Positions 39,318-47,984 of a stretch of 64,000 bases of DNA are shown here, one piece after another. This DNA is from an uncultured Gemmatimonadota bacterium (lineage in GTDB: Bacteria; JAAXHH01). The stretch covers positions 256,001-320,000 of the forward strand of contig OX638340.1 of the NCBI GenBank assembly GCA_951812955.1, read 5' to 3'. A program made the position numbers and the translations under genes. The stretch's first letter is position 1. Every line of letters begins with the position of its first letter. The notes beneath the pieces are model-generated. The model made no database searches and had not been told where the DNA came from. It saw only the letters and a program-made list of their open reading frames with translations.

Positions 39318-42080
39318 ATGACCGAGTCGCAGAAGACCCTCTTTCTCCTGGATGGCATGGCCCTGGCCTACCGCGGTCATTTCGGCCTGATCCGCAACCC
39401 GAGGATGACCTCGACGGGCATGAACGTTTCCATGGTGTTCGCCATCGCCAATACCATCCTGGGCATTTTGAATAAGAACAAACCCACCCACATCGCCGCG
39501 GTGTTCGACACGCCCGAGCCCACTCATCGGCACGAACAGTATCCCGAGTACAAGGCGCAGCGGGACGCCATGCCCGAGGACCTGAGCATCGCCCTGCCCT
39601 ACCTGTTCCGGTTGATCGAGGGATTCAATATCCCCGTGATCCGCGTGCCCGGCTGGGAGGCCGACGACGTGATCGGCACCCTCGCGAAACAGGCCGACGA
39701 AGCGGGGTATACTACCTTCATGGTCACGCCGGACAAGGACTATGCGCAACTCGTCTCGGAGCAGTCCTTCATCTGCAAGCCCGGGAACACCGGGGACAAC
39801 TTCGAAACCATGGGCGTGGACGACGTGCTGGAGAAATGGGGGATCGAGCGCATCGACCAGGTAATCGACATGCTTGGCCTGATGGGCGACGCCAGCGACA
39901 ATGTGCCCGGCGTACCGGGAGTCGGCGAGAAGACCGCGCAGAAGCTCATCGCACAGTTCGGTTCCGTGGAGAATCTGCTTGATAACACGGAACAGTTGAA
40001 GGGCAAGCAGAAAGAGCGGATCGAGGAAAACCGGGATATTGCCCTGTTATCGAAGAGTCTCGTCACCATCGAACGGAACGTCCCGCTCGAGGTCACGCCG
40101 GATTCGTTCACCGTGAAAGACAGGTGCGATGAAGACCTGAAGAAACTGTTTGTCGAACTGGAGTTCAATACCCTGGGCAAGCGGCTATTCGGCGACGACT
40201 TCTCGGCGGCGCCAAGGTTGACCGTCGCCGGCAGCCAGGAAGACCTGTTCTCCGATGACCAGTTGAAGACGATTGCGGACGTGGAACACGATTACCGGTG
40301 CGTCGATAGCCCCGAATCCCGCGCCGCGCTCATCGAAGCACTGTCCCGTGCCTCTTCTTTCTGCTTCGACATGGAGACGACCAGCCTGGATCCCAAGACC
40401 TGTGAGATCCTCGGCTTTGCCTTCGCGATCGAGCCCCACACCGGATTCTACGTGCCCATGCCGGACGGACGGGAGGATGTACTGCGGGTCGCAGACGAAT
40501 TCCAATTCCTCTTCGACGATACCGGCAAGGAACTCATCGGGCACAACATCAAGTTCGATCTGTCCGTGCTCCGGTGGCACGGGATAACCGTCTCCTGCCG
40601 CATCTTCGACACCATGCTGGCGGCCTACGTGACCGTGCCGGACCTGCGGAGGACCATGGACTATCTGTCGCAGGCCCTCCTGGGCTACACGCCGATCTCC
40701 ATCACCACCCTCATCGGCGAGAAGGGCGAAGAGCAGGGCACGCTCAAGGATGCGCCGCTGGAGAAAGTCGTCGAATACGCGGCGGAAGACGCGGATGTCA
40801 CGCTGCAGCTAGCGGCATTGCTGCGGCCCCGGATCGGCGAGATGAACCAGGATACGGTCTTCACCGACATCGAGTGTCCCCTGGTGCCCGCCCTGGTGGA
40901 AATGGAACACGAAGGCGTGCAGATGGACGTGGGGCAGTTGGAGCACCTTTCCAGTCTGCTGGACGAAGAGATACAGCGGTCCTCGGACCGGATCACCGAA
41001 CTGGCAGGGGAACCCGTCGATTTCAATTCGGCAAAGCAGCTTGGTCACATCCTCTTCGACAAGCTGCAGATCGATCCAAACGCCAAGCGCACAGCCAAGA
41101 CCGGGCAGTATTCGACGGCGGAAGCCGTGCTCCGCAGACTGGCGCCCAAGCACGAAATCGTGGAGCAGATCCTTCATTACCGGATGTGTACCAAGCTCAA
41201 TTCCGTGTACGTGAGCCAACTGCCCCATTCCGTATTCCAGCAAACCGGTCGGGTACATACCTCCTATGAACAGGCCGTGATCGCCACCGGCCGGATCCAG
41301 TCCCACGGACCCAACCTGCAGACCATTCCGGTCCGCACGGAGATGGGCCGCCAGATCCGAAAGGCCTTCGTGCCCCGGGACGACGACTTTTTCCTGATGG
41401 CCGCGGACTATTCCCAGATCGAACTGCGCATCGCGGCCGAACTCAGCCGGGACGAAGGCATGATGGAGACCTTCATTCAGAAAGAGGACATCCACTCCGC
41501 TACGGCCATGAAAATCTATGACGTGGATCCTGACGGGGTGACCGACGAGATGCGCAGGCGCGCCAAGACCGTCAATTTCGGCATCATCTACGGCATCTCC
41601 GCCTTCGGGCTGGCCGAACGCCTCAACATCCCGAGGGGACAGGGCCAGGAATTGATCGACCAGTATTTCGCGAAGTATCCCGGCACGCGCAAGTACATGG
41701 ACGAAACGATCAAATTCGCGGAAGAGAACGGTTTCGTCGAGACCATGACAGGCCGGCGTCGGTACCTGCGTGACATTAATTCACGCAACAACACGACCAA
41801 GCGCGCCGAGGAGCGCGTCGCCATCAACTCCCGCATCCAGGGCACGGCGGCCGATCTGATCAAGCTGGCCATGACCCGGATCCACGAAGAGTTGAAAAAG
41901 CGGGAATGCAGGACCCGCATGCTGCTGCAGGTGCATGATGAACTCGTATTCGACCTGCATAAATCGGAAGAAGAGACCCTGCCCGGGCTGATCGAGGAGT
42001 GCATGCGGGGCGCACTGCCCATGACCGTGCCCATCGAGGTGGAGATCGGGATCGGCGCGAACTGGTTGGAAGCGCACTAG
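39318..42080 (+). CDS. polA: DNA polymerase I (5'-3' exonuclease, 3'-5' exonuclease and polymerase domains)
   Basis: 921 aa from MTESQKTLFLLDGMALAYRGHF. Includes ...VTPDKDYAQLV... (5' nuclease), ...CFDMETTSLD... (3' exo), and ...RRAKTVNFGIIYGIS...LQVHDELVFD... (pol motifs A-C). Confidence 0.95.
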   Translation: MTESQKTLFLLDGMALAYRGHFGLIRNPRMTSTGMNVSMVFAIANTILGILNKNKPTHIAAVFDTPEPTHRHEQYPEYKAQRDAMPEDLSIALPYLFRLIEGFNIPVIRVPGWEADDVIGTLAKQADEAGYTTFMVTPDKDYAQLVSEQSFICKPGNTGDNFETMGVDDVLEKWGIERIDQVIDMLGLMGDASDNVPGVPGVGEKTAQKLIAQFGSVENLLDNTEQLKGKQKERIEENRDIALLSKSLVTIERNVPLEVTPDSFTVKDRCDEDLKKLFVELEFNTLGKRLFGDDFSAAPRLTVAGSQEDLFSDDQLKTIADVEHDYRCVDSPESRAALIEALSRASSFCFDMETTSLDPKTCEILGFAFAIEPHTGFYVPMPDGREDVLRVADEFQFLFDDTGKELIGHNIKFDLSVLRWHGITVSCRIFDTMLAAYVTVPDLRRTMDYLSQALLGYTPISITTLIGEKGEEQGTLKDAPLEKVVEYAAEDADVTLQLAALLRPRIGEMNQDTVFTDIECPLVPALVEMEHEGVQMDVGQLEHLSSLLDEEIQRSSDRITELAGEPVDFNSAKQLGHILFDKLQIDPNAKRTAKTGQYSTAEAVLRRLAPKHEIVEQILHYRMCTKLNSVYVSQLPHSVFQQTGRVHTSYEQAVIATGRIQSHGPNLQTIPVRTEMGRQIRKAFVPRDDDFFLMAADYSQIELRIAAELSRDEGMMETFIQKEDIHSATAMKIYDVDPDGVTDEMRRRAKTVNFGIIYGISAFGLAERLNIPRGQGQELIDQYFAKYPGTRKYMDETIKFAEENGFVETMTGRRRYLRDINSRNNTTKRAEERVAINSRIQGTAADLIKLAMTRIHEELKKRECRTRMLLQVHDELVFDLHKSEEETLPGLIEECMRGALPMTVPIEVEIGIGANWLEAH

Positions 42081-42091
42081 CAAGCCGGCCG

Positions 42092-42182
42092 TAACTGGAA
42101 GATGGACATTGTCTGGAAGATTGATAGTTAACTGGAAGATGGACAGCGATCTGGAGATTCTGATCGCAGGCGGCCTGGAAGA
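42092..42182. repeat. Tandem ~37-38 bp repeat x2 plus partial third, containing five CTGGA(A)GA(T) cores at about 18-24 bp spacing, upstream of the Rieske-fusion operon
   Basis: taactggaagatggaca at 42092-42108 and 42129-42145. tctggaagattgata at 42112-42126 matches tctggagattctgat at 42150-42164. A fifth core ctggaaga is at 42175-42182. Confidence 0.85.
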
Positions 42183-42221
42183 CATCAGCGAAAATCACAC
42201 AAACAGAAAGGCAAGGATTCC

Positions 42222-44012
42222 ATGAGCTCAGGAAACGGCTGGATCCGGGTCGGAACTACGACCGACATAGCGCCCGGGGAATCCCGCGCCGTTAGAATCA
42301 GCGAGGGCCGCAGCGTTGCCCTCTTCAACGTCAACGGCCGGATACATGCTACCGACAACCAATGTCCCCACATGGGGTTTCCACTGACCCGCGGCGTGGT
42401 GAAGGACGGCATCCTGACGTGCGACTGGCATGGCCGCAGTTTCGATCTGGAAGGCGGCGGCTGCTTCAATTACGAATGCGACGACCTGGAGACGTACCCC
42501 GTCGACATTCGAGGAGATGAACTGTGGGTGCAGGCCGGGGACGCCACCTACAAGCGGCGGGACCAGCACCTGCAACTGCTCTGGGAGGGCCTGCTGAGCG
42601 GGGACTCGTGGACGATTTCGAAGGCCACTGCCCTCCTTCTGTCCGGTGGTGTTTCAGAACACGACATCGTGCAGTTGATCTTGCGCCACCTGGGCCGTCA
42701 CGTCGCGTCGGAACGGGACGCGGGCGGCGGCGGCGATGTCGTTTCACTCCTGGTCTCCGGTCTTGAAGTCGGCAAAAGGTTTGACGGAGAAGACCGGCTG
42801 ATGGCGTTGTCGCTGGCCGGCCGCGCAGCGTCGGGTAGGGCGTCGGAAAGGCTCGAGGTCATTACGCTGCCCCCTCCCGTCCGCTGGGATCAGATAGACG
42901 ACTGGGTACGCATGTTTTCCCGAAACATGCAGGATTTCCGTATCGAACGGTGTTTGCACACGGCCTGCGAGAACGGCCACCAGGACCATATCTTCAAACT
43001 GTTGTTCGAGTGTGCGGTGGCGCCGTACTTCCTCGGATTTTCCCGAAACGTGGCCAGCCTGGGTGATCTCGCAAGGGTGGTGGATACCTTCGGATGGGGC
43101 GAGGCGTCCGAACTGGTCTGCAACCTCGGCGCAAAGATGACGGGCCGAGGGCGCGACGAGCCGGAGCGGTTTCACCGGGATGCCGTCCGGCTGCTCACCG
43201 AACTCGCGCCTGAACTGGAATCACATGATTACGAAGGGAACACGCGCACGGAATACGACGAGAACGCCCTCGTGGACGCCCTGTTGAGCGTCGATATCGA
43301 GCGGTCTTTCGAAGCCGTGACACGGGCCCTGCGGGACGGCGTGGCGATCGAGCGTCTTATCACGACCTTCGTGCTGCTCGCCGCCGACCGCATGGCGCGT
43401 ACGCCCGTGAACGTCGACGCGGGGTGGGGACCGCTGTCCACCGAGTTCAACCTGGCGGCTTCCCTGCGACATGTCCACGCATACGGTGGGCCCGCTGCAG
43501 CGGCGAAGGGCCTGTACCATGCGGCCTGGCAGATTTTCGACAACCGATGGATCAATATCCCCGCACGGTCGCTCGACGAACCCCTTCCCGCCCATCGAAC
43601 GGACACACCGGACGCGGCAGCCGCTTCGGATCTCATTGTCCATTCCATCAAGTCGCTGGATATCCACGGGGTGGGCGATCAGGTGGTGGGTTACCTCAAC
43701 AGCGGATTCGACGGGTCGGACCTGCTCAAGGAAGTGGGACGGGCGATCCTGTGGGACGATACCAACATGGAGCTCCTTCCCACACTGCGCGTCGCGTTCA
43801 ACGAATGGGAAGGTTCAGGGGGTGGCGCAGGCGGCGGAGACGCAAGCGGGGGTGGCGCAGGTGGAAAGGGCCATCCGTCCCGGTATCAGCTCCTGGTGGG
43901 ACTGGTGCGCTACGCCACGGATGTGCGATTGAACAAGAACAGCATGGCCTCCATCAACACGGCCATGCGATTTTCTGAAGGCCGGACGACCGTAGAGGTG
44001 TTCGACGAATAA
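42222..44012 (+). CDS. Rieske [2Fe-2S] domain (NirD / Rieske-ferredoxin-like) fused to a ~480-aa C-terminal domain of unknown function
   Basis: N-terminus CPHMGFPLTRGVVKDGILTCDWHG (CxH-x16-CxxH) ...LETYPV. The rest is helical-looking, with no motif I recognise. Confidence 0.7.
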   Translation: MSSGNGWIRVGTTTDIAPGESRAVRISEGRSVALFNVNGRIHATDNQCPHMGFPLTRGVVKDGILTCDWHGRSFDLEGGGCFNYECDDLETYPVDIRGDELWVQAGDATYKRRDQHLQLLWEGLLSGDSWTISKATALLLSGGVSEHDIVQLILRHLGRHVASERDAGGGGDVVSLLVSGLEVGKRFDGEDRLMALSLAGRAASGRASERLEVITLPPPVRWDQIDDWVRMFSRNMQDFRIERCLHTACENGHQDHIFKLLFECAVAPYFLGFSRNVASLGDLARVVDTFGWGEASELVCNLGAKMTGRGRDEPERFHRDAVRLLTELAPELESHDYEGNTRTEYDENALVDALLSVDIERSFEAVTRALRDGVAIERLITTFVLLAADRMARTPVNVDAGWGPLSTEFNLAASLRHVHAYGGPAAAAKGLYHAAWQIFDNRWINIPARSLDEPLPAHRTDTPDAAAASDLIVHSIKSLDIHGVGDQVVGYLNSGFDGSDLLKEVGRAILWDDTNMELLPTLRVAFNEWEGSGGGAGGGDASGGGAGGKGHPSRYQLLVGLVRYATDVRLNKNSMASINTAMRFSEGRTTVEVFDE

Positions 44013-44036
44013 CGAACAACGGAGAGGTAACGGAAT

Positions 44037-45788
44037 ATGTCAACGGAACAAAACGGATTCGTACGGGTGGCGGCAACGGACGAAGTGGTGGACGGCAAGC
44101 CCAAGGCCGTCAAGGTGGAGGGAAGGAGCATCGCCCTCTTCAAGCATAACGGGTCGGTATACGCCACGGACAATCAATGTCCGCACATGGGATACCCGCT
44201 CACGAGAGGGCGCGTTCGCAACGGCGTGCTGACCTGCGACTGGCACGGATGGAGTTACGACCTCGGCGGCGGCGGTTGCTTCACCGGCGGGTGCGATGAC
44301 CTGGAGACCTTTCCGGTCGAGGTGCGAAACGGCGACGTGTTCGTGAACGTAAGCGAAGGCGGATCAAAAAGGTCGGACGCACACTTCCTGCTCTTGAAGG
44401 AAGGACTCTATTCAACGGATCAGTGGACCATCTCGAAGGCCGTGGCCATCATGCTGGCCCGGGGCGTGTCCGAGACGGACACGTTGAACCTCATCATCCG
44501 TCACGGCGGCCGTCACGTCGCGACTGAACGGGGCGCCAACGATGGTGGTGGAGAGGTCTCCGATTTCATCAATGGGATCAAGGTGGCCCGACAGTACGAG
44601 AGCGACGACCGGATCATCCCGTTGACCTTTGCCGCCCACGGGCTATCCGGTCGCGCGGGGGACCGGCCGAGCATCCAGCGGCTGCCCGATCCGATCACCT
44701 GGGAGAAAATCGAGGGATGGATCCGGGTGTTCTCCAAAGACAAGCAATGGGAAGGCATCGAGAAGTGCCTGATCACCGCCCGACGGCTGGGTGGACACGA
44801 TGGCGAGATCCTGCCGCTGCTCTACGAATGCGCCGTAGCCCCGCATTTCCTGGGCAATTCGAACAATTTGCTCAACATCGGCTACATCGCGGAAGTACTC
44901 GAGGAATTCGGCTGGGACGAAGCAGAGGAACTGGTCTGCAACCTCTCGGCCAAGATCCTGGGACAGGAGCGGGGACTGCCCGACGAGATCAGGCAGTCGG
45001 CCATCGACCGGTTCATCGCCGACACCGAAACGCTGGATTCCATCGGCGACAGACCATCTGACGGTTCCGACGCAGCCTTCGACGAAGACGCCTTCGCGGA
45101 GGGTCTGGTCAGCGGCGAAATCGGACCGACCTTCGGCGTGGTTACCCAGGCGCTCAAAGACGGCGTTTCTATCGAGCGCATCGTGACGACCATGGTGGTG
45201 CTCGCGGCGGACCGCATGGCGCGCACGCCGGTTAACATGAACCCGGGATGGGGAGGCCTGGTCCGCGAGATGATGATGGCCAGCGCAATCCGAAAGGCTT
45301 TGAGGTACGGTGGGCACCGAGTCGCCGCCCAGGGTCTGTACCACGTCGCCTGGCAATTCTACGGCGACCGGTGGCTGAATATCACCCATCGTCCGTTGTC
45401 CGAGGCGCGCGGAGACTTGCAGCCGGGCAGCGCGGACGAATCCGAAGCTATCGAAGGCGTCCTTTCTTCCATCGAGCAGATCCAGATCAGGGATATCGGA
45501 AGACAGACCCGGGATTACCTGCGGTCGGGGTACTCGGGCGACGCGTTGCTCCGGGAGCTCGGTCTCGTGATCCTCAAGGACGACAACGGCCGGAACATCC
45601 TGTCCACGCTGCGTACGATCTTCGACGAATGGACCTGGTGCGAAGATCACCCTTCGCGCAACCAGTTGCTGGTCGGCCTCGCACGCTGGGCCACCGACGT
45701 ACGCCGCGCCACGGGAAGCCAGTCCGCCGCCGCGACCGCCCTGCGATTCGCCAAGGGCCAGACCGCGGTGGACCTGTACGAGGCGTAA
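44037..45788 (+). CDS. Rieske-domain fusion protein, tandem paralog of 42222..44012
   Basis: CPHMGYPLTRGRVRNGVLTCDWHG. Conserved C-terminal blocks are shared with the paralog: RHxGRHVAxER, ECAVAPxFLG, ELVCNL, LAADRMARTPVN, GLYHxAWQ, LLVGLxRxATDVR. GGAGAGG SD; 24 bp after the upstream stop. Confidence 0.7.
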   Translation: MSTEQNGFVRVAATDEVVDGKPKAVKVEGRSIALFKHNGSVYATDNQCPHMGYPLTRGRVRNGVLTCDWHGWSYDLGGGGCFTGGCDDLETFPVEVRNGDVFVNVSEGGSKRSDAHFLLLKEGLYSTDQWTISKAVAIMLARGVSETDTLNLIIRHGGRHVATERGANDGGGEVSDFINGIKVARQYESDDRIIPLTFAAHGLSGRAGDRPSIQRLPDPITWEKIEGWIRVFSKDKQWEGIEKCLITARRLGGHDGEILPLLYECAVAPHFLGNSNNLLNIGYIAEVLEEFGWDEAEELVCNLSAKILGQERGLPDEIRQSAIDRFIADTETLDSIGDRPSDGSDAAFDEDAFAEGLVSGEIGPTFGVVTQALKDGVSIERIVTTMVVLAADRMARTPVNMNPGWGGLVREMMMASAIRKALRYGGHRVAAQGLYHVAWQFYGDRWLNITHRPLSEARGDLQPGSADESEAIEGVLSSIEQIQIRDIGRQTRDYLRSGYSGDALLRELGLVILKDDNGRNILSTLRTIFDEWTWCEDHPSRNQLLVGLARWATDVRRATGSQSAAATALRFAKGQTAVDLYEA

Positions 45789-45820
45789 CATGGGTTGAAT
45801 CGGTTGCGAGGTGAATGGGC

Positions 45821-47122
45821 ATGGACACCGATCATTCTGGCAAGCGTCTTTACGAATGCTATCATCAAGACCCCGACGAGGCCGACCGGATTCTGTTCGG
45901 ACGCCGTACTCACCCGGACCGTCGCGGATTCCTTAAGAACGCGGGCCTGGCGGCCATGGGCGTGCTGGTCGGCGCCGCGATACCCTTTCATCGCAACGTC
46001 CCTGCCCATTTCATTCCGGTCGTGCTCGCCGCAGAGAACACCATTCAGGGCAAGGACGGCCTGACTGTCCTCAACGATCGCCCCATGTGCGCGGAAACGC
46101 CGCCACACCTCCTCGACGACGCCATAACACCCACCGCAAGACACTTCGTCCGCAATAACGGATTGATGCCGGAAGACCTGGACGCATCGCGCTGGAAACT
46201 GGCGATCGACGGACTGGTCGACAGTCCGTTGATACTCACCCTCGAGGATCTTGAAGGCCGGTTCGAGGTCGTCACCCGGGCGTTGACCCTGGAATGCGCG
46301 GGAAACGGCCGGGCATTCTTCGACCCGAAGACGAATGGCGAACAGTGGACCTACGGTGCCGTTGCCTGCTCGGAATGGACGGGAGTGCGGTTTTCCGACG
46401 TACTGACGGCCGCCGGAATGAAGCGCGAAGCCGTCTACACCGCGCACTACGGCGCCGATACCCACCTGTCCGGTGTGGAGGCCGGACTTCCCATCTCCCG
46501 CGGCGTACCGATCGAAAAGGCCATGGATGGACACAGCCTCATCGCCTTCGCACAGAACGGGCGGCCGATCCACCCGACGAACGGCGGCCCATTGCGGCTG
46601 ATCATACCGGGATGGCCCGGGTCTTGTTCCCAGAAATGGTTGACCCGCATTGAGATTCGGGACCAGGTACACGACGGACCCAAGATGACCGGCTCGTCCT
46701 ATCGGTTGCCGAGTCGAAGGATCGAACCCGGCGAGGCCGTGGACGAAAAAGACTTCCAAATCATAGAAAGCATGCCGGTAAAGTCGCTCATCACCCACCC
46801 GGCGACGGGGCACAGATCGAATGACAGATCAGTGGAAGTACGGGGACATGCGTGGACGGGTGAGGGACGCGTCACCGCGGTTGATCTTTCGATCGACTTC
46901 GGGTCAACCTGGAAGCGTGCGTCGCTGGAGGAACCGGTCAACGCCTTCGCCTGGCAGAACTGGCGCGCTTCGTTCTCGTTTCCACAGGCGGGGTATTACG
47001 AGGTTTGGGCGAGAGCCACCGACTCTCTGGGCGTCAGCCAGCCCCACGCCATCGCGTGGAATCCGGGTGGCTACCTAAACAACGCCATGCACCGCGTCGC
47101 GGTGTACGTGGAATCTGAATAG
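45821..47122 (+). CDS. Sulfite-oxidase-family molybdopterin oxidoreductase (SorA-like), Tat-exported
   Basis: Twin-arginine motif DRRGFLKNAGLAAMGVLVGAA, the Mo-ligand Cys context LTLECAGNGRAFF, and a C-terminal dimerisation (Ig-like) region. GAGGTG lies 7 nt upstream of ATG 45821; an ATG at 45815 is also in frame. Confidence 0.8.
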   Translation: MDTDHSGKRLYECYHQDPDEADRILFGRRTHPDRRGFLKNAGLAAMGVLVGAAIPFHRNVPAHFIPVVLAAENTIQGKDGLTVLNDRPMCAETPPHLLDDAITPTARHFVRNNGLMPEDLDASRWKLAIDGLVDSPLILTLEDLEGRFEVVTRALTLECAGNGRAFFDPKTNGEQWTYGAVACSEWTGVRFSDVLTAAGMKREAVYTAHYGADTHLSGVEAGLPISRGVPIEKAMDGHSLIAFAQNGRPIHPTNGGPLRLIIPGWPGSCSQKWLTRIEIRDQVHDGPKMTGSSYRLPSRRIEPGEAVDEKDFQIIESMPVKSLITHPATGHRSNDRSVEVRGHAWTGEGRVTAVDLSIDFGSTWKRASLEEPVNAFAWQNWRASFSFPQAGYYEVWARATDSLGVSQPHAIAWNPGGYLNNAMHRVAVYVESE

Positions 47123-47208
47123 ACCTGAACGATTCCTACCAATTCGAAAATGCCTTTGTAGTTACGACTATTCAATAAAGGGATTTGGATAGAAGCATTG
47201 AGTTACTA

Positions 47209-47237
47209 TTGACAATGTATCAATTTTGATACACATT
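47209..47237 (+). promoter_or_regulatory. Candidate promoter (TTGACA) with an overlapping 8-bp inverted-repeat operator upstream of the toxin-antitoxin pair
   Basis: TTGACA at 47209-47214. TGTATCAA-tt-TTGATACA (47216-47233) is an inverted repeat where a -10 element would sit. The patch is AT-rich. Confidence 0.4.
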
Positions 47238-47248
47238 GAAACTACGAC

Positions 47249-47593
47249 ATGCACATATTGCGCGTCGTTTTTTACACGACTAAAACAGGTCGCGAACCGG
47301 TTCGTGACTGGATGGCGTCTCTAACCCGTGACGAAAAGAAGATTGTAGGAGTGGATTTAAAAACAGTCCAGTTCGGCTGGCCTTTGGGCATGCCACAAGT
47401 GCGCAAACTGGATCGTGGGATTTGGGAAGTAAGGTCAGCACTTAAAGGGCGCATAGCACGAGTGCTGTTCACAGTTCAAGGTAACAGCATCGTTTTATTA
47501 CACGGGTTCATCAAGAAGGTTCGTAAGACGCCCTATCAGGATCTACGTCTCGCAAAAACACGATTGGCTACGTTGGGAGATACGTCAGGATGA
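47249..47593 (+). CDS. Type II toxin, RelE/ParE superfamily (HigB / Gp49-like)
   Basis: 114 aa. ...GIWEVRSALKGRIARVLF...IVLLHGFIKKVRKTPYQDLRLAKTR matches the phage-related-protein toxin fold. Low local GC. Overlaps the next gene by ATGA. Confidence 0.75.
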   Translation: MHILRVVFYTTKTGREPVRDWMASLTRDEKKIVGVDLKTVQFGWPLGMPQVRKLDRGIWEVRSALKGRIARVLFTVQGNSIVLLHGFIKKVRKTPYQDLRLAKTRLATLGDTSG

Positions 47594-47877
47594 CTTCGGA
47601 TGACCGTCACATTGGAAGCGACTTCGATCTATACCTGAAGGAAGAAGGACTGATTGTAGAAGTTGAAAGAGTCGCGATAAAGCGTGCAGTCGCCTATCAA
47701 GTAGCTCAATTCATGTTGAATCAAGGTCTGAGCAAGACAGAAATGGCCCGGCGCATGCGCACAAGTCGCGCCTCACTGGATCGTCTTCTTGATCCTAACA
47801 ATGGATCTGTCACACTGCAAACCCTGGAACGGGCGGCCGATGCACTGGGACGGCGCTTGCATATCTCGCTGGTTTGA
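47590..47877 (+). CDS. HTH (XRE-type) antitoxin, HigA-like
   Basis: 95 aa. C-terminal helix-turn-helix ...QGLSKTEMARRMRTSRASLDRLL.... 4-bp overlap with the toxin gene. Confidence 0.7.
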   Translation: MTSDDRHIGSDFDLYLKEEGLIVEVERVAIKRAVAYQVAQFMLNQGLSKTEMARRMRTSRASLDRLLDPNNGSVTLQTLERAADALGRRLHISLV

Positions 47878-47984
47878 ACGTGACCTCGAAGGACTTCTGT
47901 AACGCAGTACTGATCTAGTTCACCATCCTGCGAGTACTCAATGTTGTGATCGTCAAATCACTGTGGACGGTTAGTCTCGCCTAC

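Noticed and set aside
47130-47890. The TA islet as part of a larger integrated mobile element, with flanking direct repeats or an integrase.
   Set aside because: No integrase, transposase or tRNA is present in the window. The flanks share only a short permuted tgaacg/gacct similarity, which is not a clean direct repeat.
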